Shown: positions 9,442-19,903, counted from the first letter of the stretch. The stretch is DNA of 64,000 nucleotides from an uncultured Verrucomicrobiae bacterium (GCA_963837955.1 CAWIPH010000002.1:1088001-1152000); one strand, 5' to 3'. Notes: a model not told the origin generated them from the sequence alone. A program made the numbers and translations.

Positions 9442-10030
9442 GGGCTCTCGAGCAGTACCAGGGTCGACCGGAAGATGCGATTAAAACAGCTCGGGTTAGA
9501 GCAGATTGCTGTAAGTTTCATATTTTCAGTAGAGACGAGAGAGTTCGCTCCAGCTGAGGATACGATTCGGCAGCCGCGGGATGATGAGCCTGACTCGCGT
9601 CACCGTTCTAATCCCAGACAAAGGCCTATTTTAGAGGCTGGCGGCTGCTCACGGACCAGGAAGGCGATCACCGGATTGATCGAAGATTAAGGCTCGGTGC
9701 AACAGGAATTCGTGGTGTGCGGCTCTACTGAAGGAAAGGGCGGATCCCTGAACCTGAAGGCCGAACCGGGCTATCAAGATTTGTTGACTGATCCTATAAA
9801 ATTAATAAGAACCATATTTTCTGCTAAATTGCGCAAGAATGGGGACGATAATACGAAATGGTAGCGCCTCCCGGCGAACGTTGTATCTGCCGCCGCAGAC
9901 GACTTCCAACCGGATAAATCAAGTATGCAGAAGGCATATCAATTTGCTCTAAACAATGGCCCGGCCTCAAGCCCGGCTGCGAATAATCGCCTTTCATCTC
10001 GGCGTTCAGCCGAACGGAGAGGAGATTACC

Positions 10031-10264
10031 ATGTCGGCCTTTGAGCGACTCCTTGCGATTGCCGACGAAGAAACCTTGGAACTTGCCCGCGCAATGATCG
10101 GGAAGCCGGAACTGGCCCTGCTTCTCGCGAAGGAAGCGCTCAAAAACACCAACGAGGTTCTTTCGCCCGACACCGTCGCCGGAGTCCTGGGAATTTCCCG
10201 AAATGGCGCGACAAACAAGATAGAAAATTGCGGCGTCTCCGAACGACCGGCGTGGAACGATTGA
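10031..10264 (+). CDS. Small protein with possible C-terminal helix-turn-helix
   Basis: Strong RBS (GGAGAGGAG) before ATG 10031; LSPDTVAGVLGISRNGATNKI has an HTH-like pattern; stop overlaps the next start (TTGA). Confidence 0.55.
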   Translation: MSAFERLLAIADEETLELARAMIGKPELALLLAKEALKNTNEVLSPDTVAGVLGISRNGATNKIENCGVSERPAWND

Positions 10265-11499
10265 ACGTTGTGAGGCGTTTGGTGATACTGAGTGTTGCGA
10301 TCGGGTGCATAACAGCACACGCTGGTGACGACCGGTTTGGGTTCGCCACGCATTTCGAGCAAGGTTGGCCGCCCAATCCGGTGATGCCGGCCATCGCCTC
10401 GACGGGCGTATCGTACATTCGGGATGATCTCAATGCCGGGAGTTGGGAGCCTAGTGCCGGTGTTTACGTGCAGCCTTCCTGGGATATGGCTTGGCTTAAT
10501 GCCGCCAAGGCTAATGGCTTGAAAGTCGTCGCTGTTCTAGGCCCGAACTGGCATTACAAAGATAATTACGACCAGGTCGCAATGTCTAATCTGGCGGCAT
10601 GGATCGCCAAAACCGGGTTGGTCACTGCGTTTGAGATAACGAACGAACCGAACAACGCTTACGCATCCTACGAAGGATCGGGCTGGTGCACGAAGCTCGT
10701 ATGGCTCACGAATGCGGTTACGGCTGCTGTTCACGCTGTTAACCCGTCCATTCAGGTGATTGGTCTCGGTGGGCAAGGATCGCAAATTACCTACATGCTA
10801 GCAAAGGGGACGACCATGGATGGCGTGGTCTATCATCCGTATGGAAACGGGGCCGGGTTTATTCCCGAGACGACGTACGAATGGCCGTATCTGGATTACG
10901 GAACCTGGATTCAGGTGCTAGACTCGAAGACTAGGTTGCCCAAATGGGAAACCGAATGGGGCACCGGCACCACGGCGACGTTTACCAACACGCATCAGGC
11001 GGTGTTTATTGCGAGGCGATTACTGCAAGAGTCTGGTCTCGGCGTAGAGCATTCCTTCATCTACGAATTCGAAGACAACGGTCCAGAACTTTACGGTGTG
11101 GACTCCAACAATCCGACGACACCAAAAACGGCGTTTTACGTGGTGCAACGGATCATATCGACCTTAGCCGGCGTCCAGGGCGGGACCAGCCTTGTGACTG
11201 TCAACTCGGTCGCAAACGGGGATGTGGCTGACGTGAAGGCATTCGCCTACCAGGGCTCGATCAACAAAACGGTCGTGGCCTTCTGGTTCGGGAACTGTGA
11301 CCCTCGCACTCCGCCAGCGGCGAGCACATGCCAACTCACGTTCACTGTTCCCCATCCGTATACGCAACCCTACGTCATGAACGCCATGACCGGAGCTCAG
11401 GTACCCCTGTCGTCGTACAACTGGTCGCAAAGCGGAAACCAATGCACTGTTGCCGGCCTGCCGATATCAGATCAACCCCTGATCATCGTCATGCAATGA
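10261..11499 (+). CDS. Secreted clan GH-A glycoside hydrolase (GH5/GH39-like)
   Basis: Signal peptide ending TAHA-G, FEITNEP acid/base motif, YHPY, WETEWG nucleophile-like motif, C-terminal beta domain. Confidence 0.78.
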   Translation: MNVVRRLVILSVAIGCITAHAGDDRFGFATHFEQGWPPNPVMPAIASTGVSYIRDDLNAGSWEPSAGVYVQPSWDMAWLNAAKANGLKVVAVLGPNWHYKDNYDQVAMSNLAAWIAKTGLVTAFEITNEPNNAYASYEGSGWCTKLVWLTNAVTAAVHAVNPSIQVIGLGGQGSQITYMLAKGTTMDGVVYHPYGNGAGFIPETTYEWPYLDYGTWIQVLDSKTRLPKWETEWGTGTTATFTNTHQAVFIARRLLQESGLGVEHSFIYEFEDNGPELYGVDSNNPTTPKTAFYVVQRIISTLAGVQGGTSLVTVNSVANGDVADVKAFAYQGSINKTVVAFWFGNCDPRTPPAASTCQLTFTVPHPYTQPYVMNAMTGAQVPLSSYNWSQSGNQCTVAGLPISDQPLIIVMQ

Positions 11500-11894
11500 T
11501 GTCGGCATTAGTGATTATACTCCGATAATCACCAGAACGGTCTTCGTTTTGCGATTTTGAGACCGGTCAGGCCGGCGGGATCCATATGCAATCCTTCAGG
11601 CAAGAAGTGTTGCGGGTTGCAATCGACAATCAGTCCCCAGTATAGCCCGCTGCAGTTCCATAGCCCGCATTGGGGTCCCACCCCGACAAGTGCTGGGCCT
11701 GGTACGGCGATAAAGACGACCCCCAGGGCATCTGGCGCATTACTGCCCTAAAATGAACGGTGCTCACATTACTCGCGTTAGCGAATCGTACTGGAAATAG
11801 GTCGCACCAGATGCAAGAATTCTTCGCTAGTCTAAGGGTCGATCCGATCACGGGATTTCTGATGGCGACACGAACATCAACCTAAGAAAAAACT

Positions 11895-12359
11895 ATGGCA
11901 TACCAACCCCTATATACAGCCGTGGCAACCGCCACTGGTGGAAGAGACGGACACGTTGAAAGTTCTGATGGCATTGTGAAGCTCGATTTGAGTGTACCCC
12001 GTGAAATGGGTGGACCAGGCAAACCCGGTACATCGAATCCCGAGCAATTGTTTGCTTCCGGCTACTCTGCCTGTTTCGCCGGTGCGATTGGTTTTGTGGC
12101 CAACCAACAACACAAAAAGCTCGGTGATATCCAGGTAACGGGCCATGTCACATTCGGTAAGGTCGACGAGAAGTCCACATACAACGCGGGTGGGACGACT
12201 TATCCTTTGCCAGGATTTCAACTCGCGGTCCGGCTGGATGTCCATATTCCGGGCGTCGACAAGGCAGAGGCAGAAAAGCTGGTCGAAGAGGCACACCTAG
12301 TCTGTCCGTACTCCAGGGCGACTCGTAATAACATCGACGTCCAATTCGCCGTCGTGTAG
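11895..12359 (+). CDS. ohr: Organic hydroperoxide resistance protein
   Basis: [20 protein letters not shown] and [15 protein letters not shown], with both catalytic cysteines. Confidence 0.93.
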   Translation: MAYQPLYTAVATATGGRDGHVESSDGIVKLDLSVPREMGGPGKPGTSNPEQLFASGYSACFAGAIGFVANQQHKKLGDIQVTGHVTFGKVDEKSTYNAGGTTYPLPGFQLAVRLDVHIPGVDKAEAEKLVEEAHLVCPYSRATRNNIDVQFAVV

Positions 12360-12567
12360 GCCAATTTACCGCTCACTTGAAATTGAGCACCCGCGTTTCT
12401 CGATGACTTTTGCGGGAACCGGCGTCATGATCGATAGGGTGCCGACCCGGCGCAGGAGTGAACTCGCTAAGACCGAGAGCTCTCCGCGCCTAAGATAGGC
12501 TGACTCGCAGCGGACAATCAGACAGTGTGTGGTTGGGTGATATCTCCAATTGTACAGCCGTCTCCAA

Positions 12568-12852
12568 TTACTTCTTTACCCCCAGAATCGCGTCTTTCGC
12601 CACCTTCGCTACTCGGAATTTGACGACGGTCTTGGCTGGAATCTTGATCTTTTGTTGTGTCTTGGGATTAAACCCGGTGCGCGCTTTCCTCTTCTGCTTC
12701 ACCAGCTTACCAAAACCGGGCAAGACAAATTCGCCGTCCTTTTTGATCGCTTTGTAGGCGAGGTTACTGAGCGTATCTAGGAATACTCCGGCGGTTTTTC
12801 TGTCGGTCTGGGTGGCTGTAGCGAGCGCGATTTGAAGTTCAGTCTTAGTCAT
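12568..12852 (-). CDS. HU family DNA-binding protein
   Basis: MTKTEL, LPGFGKL, RKARTGFNPKT..IKIPAK..VKFR signature. Confidence 0.93.
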   Translation of the reverse strand: MTKTELQIALATATQTDRKTAGVFLDTLSNLAYKAIKKDGEFVLPGFGKLVKQKRKARTGFNPKTQQKIKIPAKTVVKFRVAKVAKDAILGVKK

Positions 12853-13060
12853 CTCTAGCCGTGGTTTATGGCAGCGAAATCGAACGATTTCAAGGCAATC
12901 GGCCGATTAATGAACCGAACAAGGTTCTACAAAAGGTCGCAGAGTCAGATTTTTGAACAGGAGGTCGCAGAGATCTCAAAGAAGGTAGTCCCTGGTCAAA
13001 CGTATTTGAACCCGCGGTCTTCGTCGTTGGCGTTAGTGACAACTACTGATACTGGTTTTG

Positions 13061-13756
13061 ATGCTTAATTGGCTGTTCTACAGGCCAATATTCGGCAATA
13101 GGGTTGATCGAGGAGACGCGAACCCCTGGCAAGAATATTGGGGCGAATCATATGCCCCAGAACTAAAGCAGCAACTGCTGAGGCCTGTTTTTGGCAAGCT
13201 CGAGGCGGAAGAAAAGATCGGCAACCTGATCGTTGATGTTGGCAGTGGTGTATCGCCAGTAACGCGACTGTTAAAAACCAGACCGGGAAGGAAACGAGTT
13301 TGTGTCGATATAGCCGCCGATAATGATGGATCGTTGGACGAGCTGAGAATCCGGCTTGACGCAGAGAAGGCCGGACAATTTTTGGCGCTAAGTTTCCGAA
13401 AAGCTCTGCTTAGGGTCTGCGCATTCCTTGAGATAAACCCTAAAACAGACGGAAAAAGGGGGCGTGCGGATACGATCGTTTTTTCGGATGTGTTGAACTA
13501 CGTGGATTTTCGGAAGGTTCTGAGTGGTTTTGGGAAATATCTCAAACCGGATGGCAGGATTATTGTTCTCAATTTACCCCACCGGGGCAACGCCTCGCTA
13601 TTTTCCGACAACGGTCTCAAAGACAATCGTCAGCTTTATGCATTTTTAGAAGAACACCATTTTGAGATCGAGCATAAAGCGTTTCCCAAAAGGTCTCGGA
13701 ATGAGACAGATGAATCAGAGGAACTCATTGTGCTGGTGGCACGTCGAAGACCATGA
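13061..13756 (+). CDS. Class I SAM-dependent methyltransferase-like protein
   Basis: IVDVGSG motif I, DTIVFSDVLNYV, LKPDGRIIV. Confidence 0.75.
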   Translation: MLNWLFYRPIFGNRVDRGDANPWQEYWGESYAPELKQQLLRPVFGKLEAEEKIGNLIVDVGSGVSPVTRLLKTRPGRKRVCVDIAADNDGSLDELRIRLDAEKAGQFLALSFRKALLRVCAFLEINPKTDGKRGRADTIVFSDVLNYVDFRKVLSGFGKYLKPDGRIIVLNLPHRGNASLFSDNGLKDNRQLYAFLEEHHFEIEHKAFPKRSRNETDESEELIVLVARRRP

Positions 13757-13893
13757 CCGACGCAGAAGACCCCTAGAGACATCTGCGTAATCAGCGGACG
13801 CCTTCGTTGCGAGCGATTCTTCTAAGTGCCTGAGCTTTGATTGCCTCCCAGCTGTACCACCGGTCAGGAACTTGGCACCGCCCGTGTTGTTTC

Positions 13894-14865
13894 CTAGTTC
13901 AGTTTCTGTACCTCCAAGAGGATTTTCCCGCCTCGCAGCAGATGGGCGATCGCATCGCGGATCCGGGAGAGCGGGTAGACGGCGGTCACGGGAACGTGTA
14001 GCGCACCGGACGCCACCAAAGGAGCTGCCTCGCGCATTGCCGGCAACACCTTCTTCTCGTAATCAAAATAGCCCAAGAAGAAGCCCCGTACCTGGAGCTG
14101 TTTGAAGATCAGTTGCAGAGCGTTAACCGACATCGGTTCGCCACTCGCCGCAGCGTAGGCGACGAGCACGCCTCCCGGGGAAAGCGCCTGGACCAGTGTA
14201 GCGGTGGCCACGCCGCTGATCGCATCGACGCCGAGGCGCACGGAACCATCTCCCACGAGGCGAAGCGCCTCTTCAACTGCACCGGGCTCGTCGACGAGTA
14301 CGATGTCGCCTCCGGCGGCTTTGAGTTCTTTCAGCAATTCCTGGCGGCGGACGAAGTTTATCGTTCGCAAACCACGCGCTCTGGCGATCGCGATGAGGGA
14401 ACGGCCGACACCAGAGTTGGCGCTGTTCTGAACCACCCAATCGCCGGGTTTCAGCTGAGTATATTCACTCAAAATGAGAGACGCCGTCGGCGGGTTACCG
14501 CTAAGCATGGAAAATTGCTGAGGATCGCCGTCGGGCAGCGGAAACAGGCTGGAGGCCGGTACGATCATTTTCTCACGCCAGGTTTTGGAAAGTATTGGTG
14601 CAAGCACGCGATCGCCAACCTTGACGTTCTCGACGCCGCGACCGATGGCCAGGACCCGCCCGAGCCCTTCGTTGCCGACGACGGTCGGGAGCGCCGGACC
14701 GCTGCCCAAAGCGTTGCCAATGAATAAGAGGTCGTGCTTATTGAGCGTCGCGATCTCGATGCCCAGAAGTGCCTCGTCGGGGCCGGGTGCCCCTGGTTCC
14801 GAAAGATCCACCACTTCGAGAACTTCAAGCGGATCGCCATAGGATTTGATTTGGACAGCTTTCAT
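13894..14865 (-). CDS. MDR-family NADPH oxidoreductase (2-enoyl thioester reductase/QOR-like)
   Basis: GNEGLG, NPPTA, VVQNSANSGVG motifs; no Zn cysteines. Confidence 0.85.
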   Translation of the reverse strand: MKAVQIKSYGDPLEVLEVVDLSEPGAPGPDEALLGIEIATLNKHDLLFIGNALGSGPALPTVVGNEGLGRVLAIGRGVENVKVGDRVLAPILSKTWREKMIVPASSLFPLPDGDPQQFSMLSGNPPTASLILSEYTQLKPGDWVVQNSANSGVGRSLIAIARARGLRTINFVRRQELLKELKAAGGDIVLVDEPGAVEEALRLVGDGSVRLGVDAISGVATATLVQALSPGGVLVAYAAASGEPMSVNALQLIFKQLQVRGFFLGYFDYEKKVLPAMREAAPLVASGALHVPVTAVYPLSRIRDAIAHLLRGGKILLEVQKLN

Positions 14866-14966
14866 AGCGGAGTTCTCTTCAGCAAAGGTTTGGGTCCCAC
14901 GGTAGAAAGTCCATTATTGGAGCGACACACTGCGAGATTTAGTAGGTCATTCATTGGCACTTTCTA

Positions 14967-15404
14967 TTACAAGCTCGAAGACGTCGATTTGCCACTATCC
15001 GCACTCGGGGGGAACGAGTCTCCAAACATCGGGTTTCCGCTTTTGGACTGTTCCTCGGTAGTCTCGTCCTGAATGACATCCCAGTGCTCAAGCAGAATTC
15101 CGTCTTTCATACGGATAATATCCGCCGCAATCCAGTTCACCGGCAGCCCGAGACCCGAGAACCGGCCGTGGATAATGACGAAGTCTCCCTCCGCTACGAT
15201 TACTCCCGGCTCATACCTGAGCGTAGGCGGGATGCTCTTGATCAAGTTGAACAGACCGTCGCGGCCCGGCTCAATGTGCGCACTGTGCTGAATGTAATTG
15301 GGCGCCCAGAAGCGCTCCGCTGCGGTGTAGTCTCTCTTATTGAATAGAGTGTCGAAGGCCTCCAGTACAATCGCCTTATTGTTTTCTGCTTTTGAATCGT
15401 CCAT
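14967..15404 (-). CDS. SnoaL/NTF2-like protein
   Basis: NKAIVLEAF, YIQHSAHIEPGRDG, AEGDFV, DIIRMKDG..EHWDVIQ. Confidence 0.88.
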   Translation of the reverse strand: MDDSKAENNKAIVLEAFDTLFNKRDYTAAERFWAPNYIQHSAHIEPGRDGLFNLIKSIPPTLRYEPGVIVAEGDFVIIHGRFSGLGLPVNWIAADIIRMKDGILLEHWDVIQDETTEEQSKSGNPMFGDSFPPSADSGKSTSSSL

Positions 15405-15649
15405 TTTGATCTTCCTATTTTTTAACTAAAATTAGAGTTAGTAGTGCATGGGTTCCGGCCGCAGTTTGAGTTATACTGCTGGAGGATCGATTTTAGGCCA
15501 TTGGTGCTAACATAAGTGTCGCTATCCGGTTCCTGCATCAGCGCGATGGTTGGGTTTTTCAGTGTCCCCTTCTGGGGGTACCAAGAGGTAAATTTTTGTA
15601 CCACGGCGAGACGAATTTTTACTGCCACTTTTGAGGTGGACAGAGATCC

Positions 15650-16780
15650 TCAACAACCAGCCGTTATCAATGTGGGATAATCGGTGTAACCTTTCGGTCC
15701 GGATGCATAAACTGTTGGCCAACTAACTTCGTTGAGCTTTGCGCCCGCCAGAAAACGCACTGGCAGATCGGGATTAGCGATGTAGGGGCGACCAAAGGCG
15801 ATGGAGTCAGCAAGTGCTGCCTCTATCAAGCGGTTCGCCCGCTCTAGGGCCATATCGACATTGGCGATGAGATGTCCTAGATAGAGCGGCCGAAAGTGTT
15901 GAAACATGCCGTCGCCCGCCAGCCGTTCCAGCGGACTTCCCGTGAAATCGGTCGTTGCTCCCATTAGTAGCAAGTGAGCGAGATCATAGTCGTTTAGCTT
16001 CTTTATCACATACTCCATGTCGGGCAGAGTGTCGGCGTTAGCGGCGAAGGGCCCTGACAAGTGCATCGGACCGACCTTGATCCCCACTCGACCCGGCTCT
16101 ACGTGTTCGAGCACCGTCTCGATGATTTCGAAAAGGAAACGAGCGCGATTAACGGTAGAGCCACCATATTCATCTTGGCGAAGGTTCGTGGCGCTATTCA
16201 GGAATTGAGCAATCAGATAGAGATAGTTGGCTTGGATCTGCACGCCATCGAATCCGGCTTCCATCGCATTCTTTGCCGCGGTCCCAAATTCCGCGACCGC
16301 GCGGCGAATTTCATTTTTGCTCATCGGGCGAGGAACTACGGTGGGCTTCCGTCCCGAGGGAGTAACGCTCTCTTGCTCCGGATTCACATCGGATGCGGAC
16401 ATCGGTAAGGCCTCGTCGAAGAAGTCCGGGTGCGACATCGCGCCGGTGTGCCAAAGCTGTGCGTACATCAACCCGCCCTTCTGGTGGACCGCCTCCGTCA
16501 CCGCTCGCCATCCCCGAACTTGCTCGGCGCTCCATAGCCCAGGGGTATCAGCCCAACCGTAAGCATCCGGGCTGATCTCGGTGCATTCGCCAATGATAAG
16601 ACCGGCAGAGACACGCTGGGCGTAGTACTCGGCGTGGAGTTCGGTGGGTGCATGCCCTGGGTTAGCCGCACGCATGCGGGTAAGCGGCGCCATGATGATC
16701 CGGTTGGGCAATCGTAGTTTGCCCATCTGCACCGGAGTGAAGAGTGGCTGCGGCCATGGTTGGGAAATCTGGTTCAACAT
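15650..16780 (-). CDS. Old yellow enzyme family alkene reductase (NemA-like)
   Basis: NRIIMAPLTRMR, QLWHTG, AGFDGVQI, NLRQDEYGGS, FGRPYIANPDL. Start set at ATG 16780. Confidence 0.9.
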   Translation of the reverse strand: MLNQISQPWPQPLFTPVQMGKLRLPNRIIMAPLTRMRAANPGHAPTELHAEYYAQRVSAGLIIGECTEISPDAYGWADTPGLWSAEQVRGWRAVTEAVHQKGGLMYAQLWHTGAMSHPDFFDEALPMSASDVNPEQESVTPSGRKPTVVPRPMSKNEIRRAVAEFGTAAKNAMEAGFDGVQIQANYLYLIAQFLNSATNLRQDEYGGSTVNRARFLFEIIETVLEHVEPGRVGIKVGPMHLSGPFAANADTLPDMEYVIKKLNDYDLAHLLLMGATTDFTGSPLERLAGDGMFQHFRPLYLGHLIANVDMALERANRLIEAALADSIAFGRPYIANPDLPVRFLAGAKLNEVSWPTVYASGPKGYTDYPTLITAGC

Positions 16781-16872
16781 CGGGAATAAAAAACCAATCG
16801 GTTCAGTACCCAAACATGTGGCTCCCTTGGCGTCAAGAAATGTTTTGCACCACTCGGTTCATTAATCGATAT
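16757..16872. promoter_or_regulatory. Divergent promoter with paired AACC(A/C)ATCGGTTC-type operators (copy 1)
   Basis: AACCAATCGGTTC near 16792-16804 and ACCACTCGGTTC near 16849-16860; the block is paralogous to 18088-18203. Confidence 0.7.
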
Positions 16873-16882
16873 ATTTCCAGCC

Positions 16883-17177
16883 ATGGGACGACCAAAAAAT
16901 TTTACCCGCGAAGCTGTCTTAGAGAAGGCGCTGCCGGTTTTTTTGGCGGCGCGGATTTGCGGACGCACGCCATGATGGGGCGGGTAGGGCGAAACAGATC
17001 CAGCGAAAGCAGGATCTGTGAGCTTGAGCGAAAGAGGACCTGTTTGTGCAGAGCCTCCGGTACTACTTGGAAAGTCTCGAGAAGCAGGGCCTGCTGACCG
17101 CCGATCCCTTGGGCTGGAATAACATCGAGCGATTCCTTAAGATGGGACCATGCAGCTTAGAGGGACAAAAGGGATGA
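16883..17177 (+). pseudogene. TetR-family regulator remnant
   Basis: MGRPKNFTREAVLEKALPVF, then a frameshift in a T-run, WRRGFAD, a gap over the recognition helix, then KEDLFVQSLRYYLE...QKG stop. Confidence 0.8.
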
Positions 17178-17358
17178 TCTTTGATTGGGACCGCGGTCGA
17201 TGCCTTCGCACTCATCGTTACCCCGGCGGCGCAAGGAGAAACGCTGTGAAGAGCATAAAACGTCGGGCTGGCTCCTCAGAAGGAAAGCTGAAAAGCGCTG
17301 CAGAAAGCGACGGCGGCTTGGCCTGAGATCTGAAGGCAGGATCAAATCCGTCGACGAC

Positions 17359-18117
17359 TCAGATTTGCGCTCTGCCACCATCAACGAATAGTTCGATGCC
17401 CGTGACAAAACTGGAGTCATCCGAGGCCAGAAATAGCGCCGCCTTGGCGATTTCATCCGGTTCTCCCATACGCCCCATCGGGATGGTGGACACAATCCGG
17501 GCGATAGCGTCCACCGGTTGCCGAGTCACCTGCGGAGTATCGGTCGGACCTGGGCTAAGAACGTTTGAGCGGATCCGGCGGTGCTTCAGCTCCACAGTCC
17601 ATGCTCGCACGAAATTACGGATGGCAGCCTTAGTCGCTCCATAGACACCGAAGGCGGGAGTGCCTTTGACACCTGCGACGGAGCCCGTGAGAATGATAGA
17701 GCTGCCATCATTTAGTAGCGGTAAGGCTTTTTGCACCGTGAATAAGGTTCCTTTTACATTGATGTTGAATAGTTTGTCGAAATGCTCCTCCGTGATGCTT
17801 TCCAAGGGAGAAAATTCGGCGATACCGGCGTTAGCCAAAACGATATCGATTCGTCCCTCCGCCTTGACGGTCTCGTAGAGACGATCAAGGTCGGCCAGTT
17901 TGGCAACATCTCCCTGAACGCCGGTAACATTGCGGCCGATTGCCTTCACGGCCTCATCGAGTTCCTTCTGACGACGGCCCGTGATGAAGACGTAAGCACC
18001 TTCTCTGACGAAGAGCTTGGCTGCGGCTAACCCTATCCCGGTCGTGCCGCCGGTGATGACAGCCACTTTTCCCTGCAATTTTCCCAGTGGTTGCGGAATC
18101 TCGTTCAACGTAGACAT
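17359..18117 (-). CDS. Classical short-chain dehydrogenase/reductase
   Basis: [16 protein letters not shown] catalytic motif, [21 protein letters not shown]. Confidence 0.93.
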   Translation of the reverse strand: MSTLNEIPQPLGKLQGKVAVITGGTTGIGLAAAKLFVREGAYVFITGRRQKELDEAVKAIGRNVTGVQGDVAKLADLDRLYETVKAEGRIDIVLANAGIAEFSPLESITEEHFDKLFNINVKGTLFTVQKALPLLNDGSSIILTGSVAGVKGTPAFGVYGATKAAIRNFVRAWTVELKHRRIRSNVLSPGPTDTPQVTRQPVDAIARIVSTIPMGRMGEPDEIAKAALFLASDDSSFVTGIELFVDGGRAQI

Positions 18118-18203
18118 AAAAAACCAATCGGTTCGCTACGAATGCACGACGCCCGCTGATCCGTCAAGAAAGATTGTGAACCAATCGGTTCATTAACCGA
18201 TAT
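18088..18203. promoter_or_regulatory. Divergent promoter with paired AACCAATCGGTTC operators (copy 2)
   Basis: AACCAATCGGTTC at about 18122-18134 and 18179-18191; shares CGTCAAGAAA and CATTAA(C/T)CGATA with copy 1. Confidence 0.7.
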
Positions 18204-18250
18204 TGGATCGAACCCAATGGTAATTGCCGGGGTACTGGCCGCGCCGCGCT

Positions 18251-18853
18251 CTAGCCGCGGCTCTTCGCGACGCCCAACCCGTCCATCAACAGGCGCCACA
18301 CGTCGTTGTACGCCGCATCGATGGCCGGATCGACCCACTCGGCGGCGTGCGCCGGGTGGTGGAACCGGGACGTCGCGAACAGCACCGCCCGACCGGCGGC
18401 CACGGGGTCGATGGTGCGGAACGTGCCTTCCTTCACGCCGGCGCGGATGACCATCGCGGCCAGCCCGACCAACTCTTCGACGTGGGCGGCGGCGACGGAC
18501 TGGGCGTCGGCCGCCAAGGTCCGATAGGCGGCGAACAGCTCCGGGTCGTCGGCGGCTCGGCGGCGTTTGACGGCGATCAGGGCGTCAAACAGCCGCCGTA
18601 ACCGCTGCGGGGCCGGGCCCGGCAGGGCGACGATGTCCCGCAGCGGGGGCATGGTCGCCTCCGCCCATCGGCTGACGACCAGGTCCCGCAGCTCGGCCTT
18701 GCTCGCCACATGCCGGTAGACGGCCGCGTGGCTCACTCCTAGCGCCCGGGCCACGTCCACTACGGTCGCCTTGGCCGGGCCGAACCGGCGGATGACGTCC
18801 TCGGCCGCGGCCAGGATCCGATCGCGGGTGAGCGGGGCGTCAGCCGGGCGCAT
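18251..18853 (-). CDS. TetR-family transcriptional regulator
   Basis: ILAAAEDVIRRFG..ATVVDVARALGVSHAAVYRHV.SK HTH. Confidence 0.92.
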   Translation of the reverse strand: MRPADAPLTRDRILAAAEDVIRRFGPAKATVVDVARALGVSHAAVYRHVASKAELRDLVVSRWAEATMPPLRDIVALPGPAPQRLRRLFDALIAVKRRRAADDPELFAAYRTLAADAQSVAAAHVEELVGLAAMVIRAGVKEGTFRTIDPVAAGRAVLFATSRFHHPAHAAEWVDPAIDAAYNDVWRLLMDGLGVAKSRG

Positions 18854-18922
18854 ATGGACCTCTCGACGCGCCGGCTCCCCCTCTCGGTAGTCCGGGAGAG
18901 GGGACCAGAGAGCCTGCTGTAA

Positions 18923-19825
18923 TCAGTGCTTCACCTCTGCCGTAGCGGCGGCGATCCCGTCCAACTCCGCCAAGGTTTGCGGCGACAGCGTCAACTGACC
19001 GGCGGCCAGGTTCTCGCGGAGGTGGGCGACCGACGACGTGCCGGGAATTAAGAGGATGTTGGGCGACCGGTGCAGCAGCCACGCCAGCGCAACCTGCATC
19101 GGTGCGACCCCGAGTCGGCCCGCGACCGACGACAGGGTTGACGACTGCAGCGGCGTGAATCCGCCGAGCGGGAAGAAAGGCACGTACGCGATGCCCCGCC
19201 GGGCCAAATCATCGATCAGGGCGTCGTCGTCGCGGTGGGCCAGATTGTAGTTGTTCTGCACGCACACGACGTCGGTGATAGCCTGCGCCTCGGCCACCTG
19301 GGCGGCCGTGACGTTGCTCAGACCGATGTGGCGGATCAGTCCCTCGCGCCGGAGGTCGGCCAGTACCGTCACCTGCTCGGCGATCGACCCCTCCTTGGGG
19401 CCGTGGACCGACCCCATCGCGCGGTAGTTGACGATGTCGAGCGCGTCCAGGCCCAGGTTGCGGAGGTTGTCCCGGACCCCGGCGGTCAGGTCTTGCGGCG
19501 AAATGGCCGGTTGCCACGACTTGTCGGGAGGGCGGCGTGCTCCCAGTTTGGTCACGATCACCAGTCCCGTCGGGTATGGGTGCAGAGCCTGCCGGATGAT
19601 CTGGTTGGTGACGTGCGGGCCGTAGAAGTCGGACGTGTCGATATGGTTCACGCCGGCCGCGATGGCCTCGCGAAGGACGGCGACGGCACCGTCCGGGTCC
19701 TTGGGCGGCCCCCACACGCCGGGGCCGGCCAGCTGCATCGCGCCGTAGCCTATCCGTTGGACCGTCAACGGCGTGCCGGGGAACGTGAACCGGCCGCCGA
19801 GCGTGGCTTCATTGTGTTCATTCAT
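18923..19825 (-). CDS. Aldo/keto reductase (YdbC-like)
   Basis: IGYGAMQLAG, IDTSDFYG, IRHIGLSN, VQNNYNL, IPGTSSVAHLRENL. Start set at MNEHN. Confidence 0.9.
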   Translation of the reverse strand: MNEHNEATLGGRFTFPGTPLTVQRIGYGAMQLAGPGVWGPPKDPDGAVAVLREAIAAGVNHIDTSDFYGPHVTNQIIRQALHPYPTGLVIVTKLGARRPPDKSWQPAISPQDLTAGVRDNLRNLGLDALDIVNYRAMGSVHGPKEGSIAEQVTVLADLRREGLIRHIGLSNVTAAQVAEAQAITDVVCVQNNYNLAHRDDDALIDDLARRGIAYVPFFPLGGFTPLQSSTLSSVAGRLGVAPMQVALAWLLHRSPNILLIPGTSSVAHLRENLAAGQLTLSPQTLAELDGIAAATAEVKH

Positions 19826-19870
19826 TGTGTTGATCCTTTCCAATGCTGACATGAGCAGCCGTACGCGCAC

Positions 19871-19903
19871 TGTTACAGAAGTCAAATATTGAAATCTGTA
19901 ACA
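19871..19903. promoter_or_regulatory. Inverted-repeat operator upstream of the AKR-TetR pair
   Basis: TGTTACAGAAGTCAA-ATA-TTGAAATCTGTAACA; arms match 13/15; AT-rich within GC-rich DNA. Confidence 0.7.

Noticed and set aside
9855..9885. TGGTAGCGCC as a reversed tRNA 3' end (att site)
   Set aside because: No T-arm can be folded next to it.
12929..12975. Two copies of ACARRAGGTCGCAGAG
   Set aside because: Too short to assign; probably a remnant of a dispersed intergenic repeat.
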